DNA of 30,804 nt from Histomonas meleagridis 2922-C6/04-290x (taxonomy: Eukaryota > Protista > Parabasalia), in contig JAANOX010000028.1 of assembly GCA_020184695.1 (NCBI GenBank), positions 1 through 30,804 on the forward strand, written 5' to 3'. Under the pieces are notes generated by a model. It saw only the letters and a list, made by a program, of their open reading frames with translations, was not told the DNA's origin and ran no database searches. A program made the position numbers and the translations under genes. Below are positions 20,385-30,804 of the stretch, one piece after another (position 1 is the stretch's first letter; every line of letters starts with the position of its first letter).

Positions 20385-22272
20385 TCAATTTTCGTTCGTA
20401 CTTTTTTCACGAAGTAAATTTACTATTTCCGTGTATCCTTTTTGTTCTGCAATTTGAATTGCAGTAAAATATTTTCAAAACATATTTTAAATTATTCAAA
20501 TGAATATATTTTGCATTAACATCAATTCCTTTATCTAAAAGTAATTTTATTATTTCTATATTATTATTTCTAACTGCTATATGAAGTGCTGTTTCAAATT
20601 ACTAAAACATATTCCAAATTATTAAAACATATATAAAAGTATTAAAACATATCCAAAATTATTCAAATGATTATTTTTTGCATTAACATCAATTCCTTCT
20701 TTATCTAAAATTAATTTTACAATTTCTATATTATTATTTCTAACTGCTATATGAAATGGTGTTTCGAATTATTGAAACATATATAAAAGTATTAAAACAT
20801 ATCCAAAATTATTCAAATGAATATATTTTGCATTAACATCAATTCCTTCCTTATCTAAAAGTAATTTTACTATTTCTATATTATTATTTCTAACTGCTAT
20901 ATGAAGTGCTGTTTCAAATTATTAAAACATATTCCAAATTATTAAAACATATATAAAATTATTAAAACATATTTCAAATTATTAAAACATATATAAAATT
21001 ATTCAAATGAAATTTTTTTGCATTAACATCAATTCCTTTTTGCTCTAAAACATATTTCACAAGTTCAACATTTCCTGATTCTGAAGCAAATGGCAAAATA
21101 TTTTTTGGAATTCGACTAATTTGAAGGAAATATTTAACGAGATATAAATTTCCATTTCTTGCTGATTCATTTATATTACCATCATCAATATTAATTCCTT
21201 TTTCTTCCAAAAATGCTAAAATTTCATAATTATCTTTTTTAATACAAAAACTTACCAAATCATTCGTTTTATCTTCAGACGTTTTCGCTATTGATTGTAT
21301 TTTTTCTATTTTATTCTCAAAAATATATTTAAAGATATCATCTCGATGAAACATAATTGCTGCTTTATATGCACCTTTAAATGATGAATGATTTTGTTCA
21401 CATAAATGAATGATTTCTTCATTTCCACCTGCAACTGCATATTTACCTGTGTTTAATACATTTGAACCATTCATTAGTAAAAATTTAAAACATTTAACTG
21501 ATGAAAAAAATGCTGCATAATCAATTAATGTAACATTCTTTTTATTAACAAATGAATATCTTTCATAAAGTGATGGTTCTATTGTTTGATTAAAATCAAA
21601 ATTTGGTTGTGATGATATTTCTTGAAGTTTTTCTATTTCATCATTTCGAATTATTTTTGCAATTTCATTTGGATTATTTCCTTCTTTAATATATTTCTTA
21701 TGAAACTCCCAATCATTCTTTGAAAGTTCTTCATAATTATCAAAAAAGTATCTTTCTATTGGATCATTTCTATTAAACCCAGATGCCTTTTGTTTTTGGT
21801 TTTCTTCTTTTGTTTTATAATGAGAAAAATATTTTGAATTAATATTTTTAGTGATATTTTCATCAATAAAATTTTGTTCAATCATTTTCTCTATTAAATA
21901 ATATGATTCTTGTGTGTTCTTTGTAGATATACGTTTGATAAATATTGGTATTAGTTTAACGACACTTTGATTAATTTCTTCTTCTTTCATTTCAAATGCT
22001 TTTAAAAAATTTAAGTAAATATCAAATATATGCTTTCGTGATGAAAATGAATTATAAACAATGTTACTTATAATGATATTAAATGTATCGGGATAATTTA
22101 GATCAAAAAATCCAAATACTTTTTTAATGGAAGGCTGAAGGCTTTCTTCAGTTAAACTGAATATAGTTTTCTCAAGCTCAATTAGAGATTTCAATCCTGT
22201 CGACAAATGATTCAGATTTTGCTCTCCTGTGTTTATGGTAGTAATATCATCATTAGATATGTGATTTGTCAT
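20385..22272 (-). CDS. Ankyrin gene B: DUF3447-like N-terminus plus ankyrin repeats. 549 aa after removing 14 spacers of 17 nt
   Basis: ORF 20974-22272 is paralogous to gene A. Four hairpins carry 5, 3, 4 and 2 spacers (21012-20916, 20822-20766, 20672-20596, 20505-20469). Removal gives a continuous frame ending KGYTEIVNLLREKSTNEN* at 20385 (1888-238=1650 nt). Confidence 0.85.
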
Positions 22273-22630
22273 TACAGTGTTATGGAACAGCGGAAAACGA
22301 CGGTTAGTTATGCCGATCGTTCATAACCAGTAAGCTCACAATAAAAAACTATTCGAAATGAGAAAAACGATTAAAATTCACTCAATTGATTGTATCTTGA
22401 AAAATAGGTTATCTTGGAAATAATGAATGATTTTAAAATATTCAATATCTAAAATTTACATCATGTTTTATAAAAAATCATTGATTTAATGATAATTAAT
22501 AAAGATATTTGAACTCAAAAAAAAAAAAATATTAAAACCGTTTTGTTTCAATCAAATTATTTCTGTCATCTTATTTCAATAAAAATAGATCCTATTTTTT
22601 GATTAAAAAAAAATCCTGAAACTCAAAAAC

Positions 22631-22685
22631 ATTCGGTTCGCTCTGGGTAGGAATAATTTATTAAAATTGGATGGCATCCGCAAGC
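22631..22685. repeat. Copy 2 of the bipartite element, in direct orientation, on the other side of gene B
   Basis: ATTCGGTTCGCTCTGGGT-N24-GGCATCCGCAAGC. Confidence 0.6.
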
Positions 22686-23008
22686 GCTTAAACAGTTTAT
22701 ATGTATACTATAATACATCTGCATTTTTTTGAATATTCTTATTGGCATTCATAAAATAAATAGGTTTCACATTATAAATGAGAGTCGTTCAATGATTAAT
22801 TAAGCATATTCTATTTGGCCAAAGGGAAGAAAAATTTTACAGTCAAAAAAGTGACGTTGATCAATCAAGCTTTTAAATCTTTCAAATTTGAGAGAAATAG
22901 CTGATATTTTAATAGTTTACAAACAACAAAAGCCATTATTTCACCGGTTTTTCCAACAAAATTTCAATTAATTTACCCATATGATATGATATCACTTCAC
23001 TTTCAATC

Positions 23009-23374
23009 ATGTTTGGATTTGGAATGAGCGGTGGACCAAATGGAATGTCTTCTGGGATGAACGTTGGTGGAATTTCTATGGGCGCTGATGCAAAGATTGG
23101 AGGAACTCGTTCTGCTCCCACACTTGCTGTTGATATGGGTGGAATGGGACTTGGAGTATCTGCTAATGGTATCCCACTCTGCACTCACGAGGTTCATCCC
23201 GGACAATGGACTCAAAACTTATATGAATGCAAGACTTGCAATAAGAAGATCTGCGAAAATTGCTCTAAAAATTGCCACAAGGGTCACAATGTTGTTTCAT
23301 ATGTACGAGAAGAATCTTTTGAATGTGCTTGCGACAAAGAAAGGAAATGCACTCTCATCAATCATGATAAGTAA
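23009..23374 (+). CDS. Small protein with a Gly/Met-rich N-terminus and a C-terminal UBR-box-type zinc finger
   Basis: CTHEVHPGQWTQNLYECKTC..KICENCSKNCHKGHNV.....SFECAC matches the zf-UBR Cys/His pattern. Inr-like TCACTT repeats lie just upstream of the ATG. Confidence 0.72.
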   Translation: MFGFGMSGGPNGMSSGMNVGGISMGADAKIGGTRSAPTLAVDMGGMGLGVSANGIPLCTHEVHPGQWTQNLYECKTCNKKICENCSKNCHKGHNVVSYVREESFECACDKERKCTLINHDK

Positions 23375-24018
23375 AAAAATTACTTTTGTCTATGAAATAA
23401 GATATGATGCCCTGAAATTCTAAGTGTGTTAAAATGTACTGCATTTGATTCATATATAATTCCACATGTGGAATATATGTTAAATTTTGATATGCAAAAA
23501 AAATGTTCATTTAAGAAATCGATGGCTTCCCTAGGTTTAATTTGATGATTTGTTCTTATGAAACAGAGTACGACAAGTGAAAGCCTAAAAAATGTTTCGG
23601 GTGGATTGGGTTGGGGCGGCTTTTCGTTAACGGTCTTTATGGAATTCTGCTGCTCATGAAATGTTATGATTTTTGATGAAATATAGTAGAAGCTTAATTT
23701 TATCATAAAACAAAATGAAAAAATCTTTTACATATTAAAATTTAATTTTATAAATGATTGTTACAGAAAAGTTAATTCATGTGTAATTTTCATAAAAATA
23801 TAACGTTATATTTAATATTTCATATCTGAGTGATTTCCAATGTTTGAGTAATTATTCAGTTTCTAATTCATTCTTTAAAAACTTTTAAGTAATAATATTT
23901 ACCAAACTTTAGTTCGAATAATAATGTATTACCAATCATTTTAATCCTTGAAAAGAAAAAAGTGAAGTCGTGCAATCCCACTTTTTCAGTGAATAGAATT
24001 CTTTTGCTTGGAAGTCAT

Positions 24019-26026
24019 ATGGCACAATCTTCGTCTAATGAAAATCAAGACCTAATAACTTTACAGGCACTTGAGGAAGTCATATTTTCTTTAAAAAATA
24101 TTGAGACAGCTATTCAATTAACAATGAATTTATTTAATGATAAATTTCCATATTCTTTTAACCTTATTATTTGTCAATTAATTTATTCATCTTTTGCATC
24201 TCAAAAAAGCGATTATAAAATTTATTTTGATTTCATAAAAGGAATTGAAGCAAAAGAAGAAGAAATTAAACCAACGATAACCGAAGTTTTTATGCAATTT
24301 CTATTACTTTTAGAAACGCAAGAATCAAATTTCCTTCTCGAAAAAATGATCAATCAAAAATTAATTGAAACAAGTTCTATAAAAGAAAGATATTCATTAT
24401 ATTTTGCTCATTATATGTTAGAAGATGAAATTGCAAGTTTAATATCTAATGCTCCATTTCGTTATCAATTTTATTTAAATATGAAAGAGCTTCAAAAGGA
24501 TGATTGGACACTTCATAAAAAATATGTTTATGATGGTTTAAATCCTTTAAATATTATTGAAGTCATTCGAAATGATGATGTTAAAAATCTTCAAGATTTA
24601 TCATCTCAAAGTAACTTTGATTATAATCAAAAAATTGATCCCTCATTATATGAAAAATGTTCTTATATTAATCAAGAAAATGTAACAATTATTAGTTACG
24701 CAGCATTCTTTGGAGCAATAAATTGTTTCAAATTCTTACTTATGAATGGCGCTAATGCATTAAACACAGGAAAATATGCTGTTGCAGGTGGAAATCTTGA
24801 AATCATTCATTTATGTGAACAAAATCATTCTTCATTTGAAGAGGCATATGAAGCAGCAATTGAATTCCATAGAAACAAAATTTTCAGATATCTTTATGAT
24901 AATAAAACTGTTAAAATTGAAGATTATAATGAATTAGGAAAAACATGTATTAAATATTATAATTATGAAATTCTTTCGTTTTTAATTAAAGAAAATATTT
25001 TAGATATAAATGATTCTTTAATTAATGAAGCAGCAACTTATGGAAATATTTTTCTGGTAAAATACTTCCTCAAAGGAAAACAAATTCCTAATGATATTTT
25101 GGTTTATGCAACATTGTCTGGAAATACTGAACTTATTAAATATGTACTTGAACAAGAAGGAGTTGACATAAATGCAAAAGATATTTTTTTGTTTCATTTG
25201 AAATTTTTCCCATTTATTTAATATTTATTAATATTATTTGGCGTTTGTTAATATGAAATTGGACAACTCTTTTAAATGCTTGTTCAGATGGTAAAATTGA
25301 TATTGTTAAATTATTACTTGAACAAAAAGGAATTGATACCAATGCTAAAAATATTTATAGTTTTTATTTGATGAATGTTTAATTTATTTTATACTTCATT
25401 TTAATTTTTGGATTTTATTTAATGTTTTTGATACAGCACTTACAATTGTAGCTGAAAATGGTCATTCGAGTATTGCTAAAGCTCTTCTTGAACAAAAAGA
25501 AATAAATCCGAATTCAAAAAATATTTTTTTGTTGATTTTGATGTATATATTTAATATTTGAAGTTTTATTGTTATTATTGGAATTCATTTTAATTTCTTT
25601 TTTCAGCATTGATCTTAGCATCACAAAATGGTAATACAGAAATAGTTGAGCTACTTCTTAGAAGTGATGAAATTGAAATTAATGCAAAAGATGTGAATTC
25701 AATGCATTCAATGATTTTTTAGAATATTTTATGTATTCTTAACAAATTTGGAAATTATTTAAATAATATGGAACAGCACTTATGAGAGCATGTGAAAATG
25801 GTCACATTGATATAGTAAAACGCCTCATTGAAACTGAAGGAATTGATTTTGAAGCCGAAAATATTTGTTTTATTCTTAGAATGTATATTTTGAAATTTTG
25901 GAATTTGAAAGTATTTTTTGGCGTTTATGTATAACGTTTTGGAATGCTTTAATGATTTCTCGTCTAAGAGGACATAATGAAATTGTAAAGCTGCTCGAAG
26001 AAAAAGGAAGGATAAATCAAACATAA
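24019..26026 (+). CDS. Ankyrin gene C: DUF3447-like N-terminus plus ankyrin repeats. 555 aa after removing 20 spacers of 17 nt
   Basis: ATG at 24019 directly follows an Inr-like TCAT. Five hairpins with four spacers each start at 25183, 25353, 25523, 25693 and 25863. Removal gives a continuous frame ending KLLEEKGRINQT* at 26026 (2008-340=1668 nt). Confidence 0.88.
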
Positions 26027-26451
26027 AATAGAAAATAAAAACTTATTTTCACTTTTCATTTTTAAAAATAAAATCTTTGAACTACATTATCAGATAAAAT
26101 ATCTCAAAAATTTAAATTATGATGGTAAGACTTAGAAATAGAATAATTCAACAGATAATACAAAATTTTTATGTTTATAATTCTTTAAAGTATATATTCA
26201 ATTAGAAGATATTTTAACCTAAAGTTTACAAAAATCTTTTTAAAATACAGATTTTGTTTGCATATGGGTTGGAAAAAGTTTCTTTTTAAGAACGTTGAAT
26301 GAAAGAATATCTTACATTTAAGAAACAAGTAAATTTTTATTGTCTGTTTTTATTCACTGTGTTTGATCAAATTGATTTATCTGGCAAAATATATGCATTG
26401 AATTTTTTGCCATTTTTGAACTAAAATCACCATCAAAAAAATTAAGTTTTA

Positions 26452-28302
26452 ATGGAAATCAGAGATTCTCAATGGAAATTACCAAAAGAAGTCAAAACAG
26501 ATACTTTAAGTCAACAAAATATAACAATATCTCCAGATTTTTCAGAAATATGTATGATTGAATCAAATAAAATTAGTTTTATTTCCCAAAACGGCATTCG
26601 CATTTTGGATGTGCCCATTAAAGCAAACGAATTTTTCACATGTATTTCAACTGCATTAATTGAACCTTGGAATTTATGTGCTGGAACAAATCTTGGAAAT
26701 ATTTTCTTTTTTGACCAAACAAAATATGTTACCTCTGTCCGCCTAGGTGACGAAATAAAGTTTCTTAAATTAAATATTTATAATAGTAGTCATTTCACAG
26801 ATTCATATACAGTTATTCTTGCGAAAACAAGCAAGATTTTAGCAGTATTTACATGCAAAGACATATTAAATAGCATTCAAACAGGGAAAGAAATTGTTCA
26901 CCAAGATTATGAATTTGAAGAAGATTTCAACAGTTGCGTTATTATTAATTCCAAATTATCCCCAGAGATTTTTTCAGGAATCAACAATTTCCCATCACTA
27001 TTTGCAGTTAGTTCAGATCCTTTTTTGACAGTATCATCATTATCAAAAAAGACTCAATATTCATTTTTCTCATTATTTCAGAATAAGTATCTGAGTCTAA
27101 ATTTTGAGTGGGCACTTCAAATGGAGGAAAACTTAGGTTTAGACATAACATGTGATCCAACAGGTCGATATTTATCCATCGTTGATAAGATCATCAATCG
27201 CCAACAAATCCGAATCATCATTGTTGATTCGATATTTGGCAATGTTCTCTATGTTTTTAAAGGTCTTCGTGATGCTCAAGTTGGATGGATTCGCTCTAAG
27301 AATACTTCATATTTAATGGTTTTTGTTTCAGCGCGTAAATTGATTCTACTTTATTCGATGTTAAATGGAAATATTATTTCAGCTTTTTCAAATGTTGATG
27401 AAAAAGGGAAATTAATACAATTCTATGAATCAAATGAAAAATTCGGAATTTCATTTATTGATTCTAATGGAAACATAGGTATAATTGATGTTAAAGATAA
27501 TAAAACGCAAATAAAAAATGAAGAAATCAAAAAAGAAATAGAAAAAACAAACAAAATCAAAGTTGATGAAGACAAAATCCAAAAAATTCGGTTTTATTTA
27601 ATGGGGAAACATATAAATAAAGAAGATATTGAAGGAATTATTAAAGAAGTTAATGATGTAAAAACAGCCGTAGTAACAATCAAAACAATGATTAATTATG
27701 AAGAAACAAATGATGATTTAATCATTGATACCATTAAAATATTTAAATCTAAATTTAACTTTGATAATTTTAATGAGTCATCAATCGAATACTTCAAAAG
27801 AAATGGAAATTCAACTCAAATTAATGATTATGTATATGTATTACAATGTTATATTAAGCTAACAGAATTATGGAGAAAAATTGTTAATTTTGCACCATTA
27901 AAATTAAATAATAAAAAAATTAAAATTCCTTTTAAGGACGACATGTTTAACAAATTTGATAACATAATGCCATTACCAGAAATGATAAACTTAAAAGAAT
28001 TTTTGTTGCATACATTTCATTGTCCATTGTTTTTCTTTTCTTTTATTAGAGAAGAAAATATAACAATCAATGATTTATTGGAAACTTATAGAATATCGAT
28101 GGATAAAAGAGAGGATTTCATAATGTGTTTCTTCGTTTGGATAACAACAGCACCTGTAGCGCAAGTTTTACTTGCTGATTCTTTGATAAAAAATTTCTTC
28201 CATTTGGAAGCTGTCCAAAAAATTAAGGGATTGACGTTAAATAGATTAGCAGAGAAAATAAGGAAAAACAAAATCCTTCAATATTATATTAAAAATGAGT
28301 AA
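26452..28302 (+). CDS. Rab3 GTPase-activating protein non-catalytic subunit (RAB3GAP2)-like, N-terminal beta-propeller
   Basis: DPTGRYLSIVD...RIIIVDSIFGNVLYVFKGLRDAQVGWI resembles the conserved RAB3GAP2 motif ([27 protein letters not shown]). 616 aa. Confidence 0.7.
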   Translation: MEIRDSQWKLPKEVKTDTLSQQNITISPDFSEICMIESNKISFISQNGIRILDVPIKANEFFTCISTALIEPWNLCAGTNLGNIFFFDQTKYVTSVRLGDEIKFLKLNIYNSSHFTDSYTVILAKTSKILAVFTCKDILNSIQTGKEIVHQDYEFEEDFNSCVIINSKLSPEIFSGINNFPSLFAVSSDPFLTVSSLSKKTQYSFFSLFQNKYLSLNFEWALQMEENLGLDITCDPTGRYLSIVDKIINRQQIRIIIVDSIFGNVLYVFKGLRDAQVGWIRSKNTSYLMVFVSARKLILLYSMLNGNIISAFSNVDEKGKLIQFYESNEKFGISFIDSNGNIGIIDVKDNKTQIKNEEIKKEIEKTNKIKVDEDKIQKIRFYLMGKHINKEDIEGIIKEVNDVKTAVVTIKTMINYEETNDDLIIDTIKIFKSKFNFDNFNESSIEYFKRNGNSTQINDYVYVLQCYIKLTELWRKIVNFAPLKLNNKKIKIPFKDDMFNKFDNIMPLPEMINLKEFLLHTFHCPLFFFSFIREENITINDLLETYRISMDKREDFIMCFFVWITTAPVAQVLLADSLIKNFFHLEAVQKIKGLTLNRLAEKIRKNKILQYYIKNE

Positions 28303-28549
28303 ATATTTTGTCTTTTGAAATAAATGACTGTTAACTTTTACAATTCAATCCCTGATAAAACGATCATTTGCAATTCAAAAACAGGGAGTTCCGATTTCAG
28401 AAAAGTGCAAAAAAACGGTCTGCGGTTGTTTGAAATAAAATTTTAAACCTCACAAATTTAACAAACCGACAGTTTTGAGTGTCAGAGGCAATGCTGTTTT
28501 GGTAAAAAGCCTATCGTCACTGAAAAAGTTAAAGTTGTAATTAAAGAGG

Positions 28550-30804
28550 ATGAAAAAAATTACTTCGCTACAACTATTAATAGAAGATCTAGAAAATGAA
28601 CTTATTTCATCAGGAACTTCAGTTGAATCATTCCTAAGTTTTCATACCTTGGCATTTTTCCGTAAACCAGGATGTACATATGTAACTGATGCAGCAGGGT
28701 TATGTATTTTTGATGAAGGAGCTACCGTCCCATCTTTAATGAATGCTCTTGCACAAAAAATGACAGTGTTTCAATCACCAGAACCTGTATTACCAAATGT
28801 TGTAAAGTCATTATTAGCTCTTTCAGATCTTATACAACTTTTGCCAATCAAAAAACCATACGAAGAATTTAATTCGAAGATTTTAACGATGGCACAAATC
28901 CCTGCAGAAGCATTTCAACCAAATTATCAAAAACTTGAACAGAGTCTTGAAAGACTTTTTAAGTTTTTTGTTAGATTAGGACAAAATCCTCTTAAATCAT
29001 TATCCAAATCCATATCATCCAAAACTGATCCAATGTTTATTCTTCGTCAAGTTAGTCTTTGTACAGCTACAACAGCTTCATTTGATTCAGCACTTCAAGC
29101 CATCCAAACCATTATTCCAATAATTACACCTGAAAAACGCATACCCTTTTTTGAAGGGTTTTATGTTTTTTTATATAAATTTTTCACGCAATATCCTAAA
29201 GAGCATTCTGAACTTATTAACAGTGGTTTAGAATCAGCTCAATTTGTTCTAGATACCTTATGGAAAAGTAAGAAAGACTTAGAACCTCAATTAATAGCAA
29301 TTATCTGTGCATTAATACCAATGTGTCATACCCAGTTAACGGTCGCCAGCAGTTCAAAGAAATCGCACCCGTTTAAAACCGTTCTCAAAACGGTCGAAGA
29401 TTATAAATCTAAGAAACCTGTCAACCGTTTATATTATTCATTTGCCATGTTAGAATTAATAGAAGCTGTATTTGTTGGACAAAAGTCAGCACAATCATTT
29501 CAATTAATCATCGAATTTCTTACGAAAGAATCACCCAAATTTACTGATTTCTTATTTAATAAGAAAAATGACATCTTATCATCAGGCCCAATGTTAACAG
29601 AGTTTTTCCCACGATATGCAGCATTAGATTATGCTAAAGCAGGCTCACAATGTCAATCATCGACAGTGTTAATTGGTAATTTAATATCAACACAAAGTTG
29701 GAGTGTTTATGTAAGTTTTTTATCATTAGTATTTAATGATTATCCAATTCAAGGTAATCAAAAGTATATTACCACACGACATTTTGAACAAATGACTATT
29801 CATTTAAATGATGTTCTTAACTTCTTACGTATAGGTTCTATTGAACAATCATCTAAAGAACAAGAAGCTAAATTAATTGTTGATATTGTTAATTTAATCG
29901 GCCGAACAACAAAAGAATTTACTTTATATAGTATATTATCACATCAATCAATGCCTACTTCAATTATCCAACATCCAATACCATTCCAAAAGTTTCTTGT
30001 TTCAAATCCAGCAATATCAGTACAAACAGGAATCATAAAAAATATTTTGTCATATATATCACGTGTTGATACATTTGATATTGAACCATTTTTATTATTA
30101 TTACAATGTACATGGACATATAATGAAGAATATATATCGAAAATCCCAAATACTGAAATAATGAAAAGTGTATCAGAAGTTATAAGTGCATTTAAGACTG
30201 AATTAGAATTAGCAATTAATTTAAATGCACCGAATGCAGATACATTTTATACATTATTTAATATGTTTTTACATTGGACTTATGTTTGTTTATCAGTTAC
30301 AATCGATAATAATAAGGCTGAAATTACTAATGAAAATGTCGATCATTTAATGACTATTTCATTATTATTACGTTCGATTATTGGATTAAATAAATTGGAT
30401 TCAATTGATGAATTAATTGATCAAATTTGCGCATTATATAATTTCCAAAATCGTTATCATTTCCCTATGTATGATATCCCACAAAATGATGAACGATTAA
30501 TGACAATAATTAAATATGTAATGGCTGCATGGTTAAATTATTTAACAAAGAGATTACAATCAGAAGAAGTATCAGTAACTAATTTCATACAAATTAGTCG
30601 ATTACAATTATTATTTATTCCAGATATAAAACGAATTTCAACAATGACTGAATTCTTATGTCATTTTTGTTATCGACTTGAAAATGTAGGAATTCCTAAT
30701 ACTGAAATTACTTCATTATCTTCATATTTCTTTTCGACATTCTTTTTATTTATATATTATTTAAATGAAGATGTGCCTTCATTATCAAATGCTTTTCAAT
30801 ATTT
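28550..30804 (+). CDS. Large hypothetical protein, probably alpha-helical/solenoid, 3'-truncated by the window end
   Basis: ATG at 28550 (MKKITSLQLLIEDLENELISSG...) has an in-frame stop just upstream. The frame was open at every point I checked up to 30804 (about 750 codons). It is absent from the ORF track, probably because it has no stop. Confidence 0.75.
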   Translation, partial: MKKITSLQLLIEDLENELISSGTSVESFLSFHTLAFFRKPGCTYVTDAAGLCIFDEGATVPSLMNALAQKMTVFQSPEPVLPNVVKSLLALSDLIQLLPIKKPYEEFNSKILTMAQIPAEAFQPNYQKLEQSLERLFKFFVRLGQNPLKSLSKSISSKTDPMFILRQVSLCTATTASFDSALQAIQTIIPIITPEKRIPFFEGFYVFLYKFFTQYPKEHSELINSGLESAQFVLDTLWKSKKDLEPQLIAIICALIPMCHTQLTVASSSKKSHPFKTVLKTVEDYKSKKPVNRLYYSFAMLELIEAVFVGQKSAQSFQLIIEFLTKESPKFTDFLFNKKNDILSSGPMLTEFFPRYAALDYAKAGSQCQSSTVLIGNLISTQSWSVYVSFLSLVFNDYPIQGNQKYITTRHFEQMTIHLNDVLNFLRIGSIEQSSKEQEAKLIVDIVNLIGRTTKEFTLYSILSHQSMPTSIIQHPIPFQKFLVSNPAISVQTGIIKNILSYISRVDTFDIEPFLLLLQCTWTYNEEYISKIPNTEIMKSVSEVISAFKTELELAINLNAPNADTFYTLFNMFLHWTYVCLSVTIDNNKAEITNENVDHLMTISLLLRSIIGLNKLDSIDELIDQICALYNFQNRYHFPMYDIPQNDERLMTIIKYVMAAWLNYLTKRLQSEEVSVTNFIQISRLQLLFIPDIKRISTMTEFLCHFCYRLENVGIPNTEITSLSSYFFSTFFLFIYYLNEDVPSLSNAFQY

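Overview
AT-rich eukaryotic DNA with the standard genetic code. It is most likely from a parabasalid (Tritrichomonas/Trichomonas-like), inferred from Inr/M3/M5-type core promoter motifs, intron-free housekeeping genes and DUF3447-like ankyrin genes. Ordinary content: a frameshifted thioredoxin-like/UBX gene, an Aha1 N-domain gene, tRNA-Thr(AGT), a possible ART-fold membrane protein, ARPC2, a nucleoplasmin-like gene, RPL41, AP-2 alpha adaptin, a 69-nt minisatellite, a small UBR-box protein, a Rab3GAP2-like gene and a long 3'-truncated ORF. The main result concerns three ankyrin-repeat genes (8571-14515 +, 20385-22272 -, 24019-26026 +) that look broken in the ORF track but are precisely interrupted. 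At each interrupted ankyrin beta-hairpin (D-x-x-G-x-T), the codons after D are each preceded by an AT-rich 17-nt spacer, giving 20-nt modules of spacer plus one codon. By hand I counted 128 spacers at 33 hairpins; 127 are exactly 17 nt and one is 14 nt. They lack GT-AG ends (consensus RTTT-N9-ATTT). Removing them yields three continuous, stop-free ORFs (1449, 549 and 555 aa) with consensus hairpins such as DKYGRS, DNDGNT and DENGWT. This points to a non-canonical system of single-codon micro-exons and 17-nt excised or bypassed elements. I know of no description of it, but the mechanism and the novelty cannot be established from the sequence alone.
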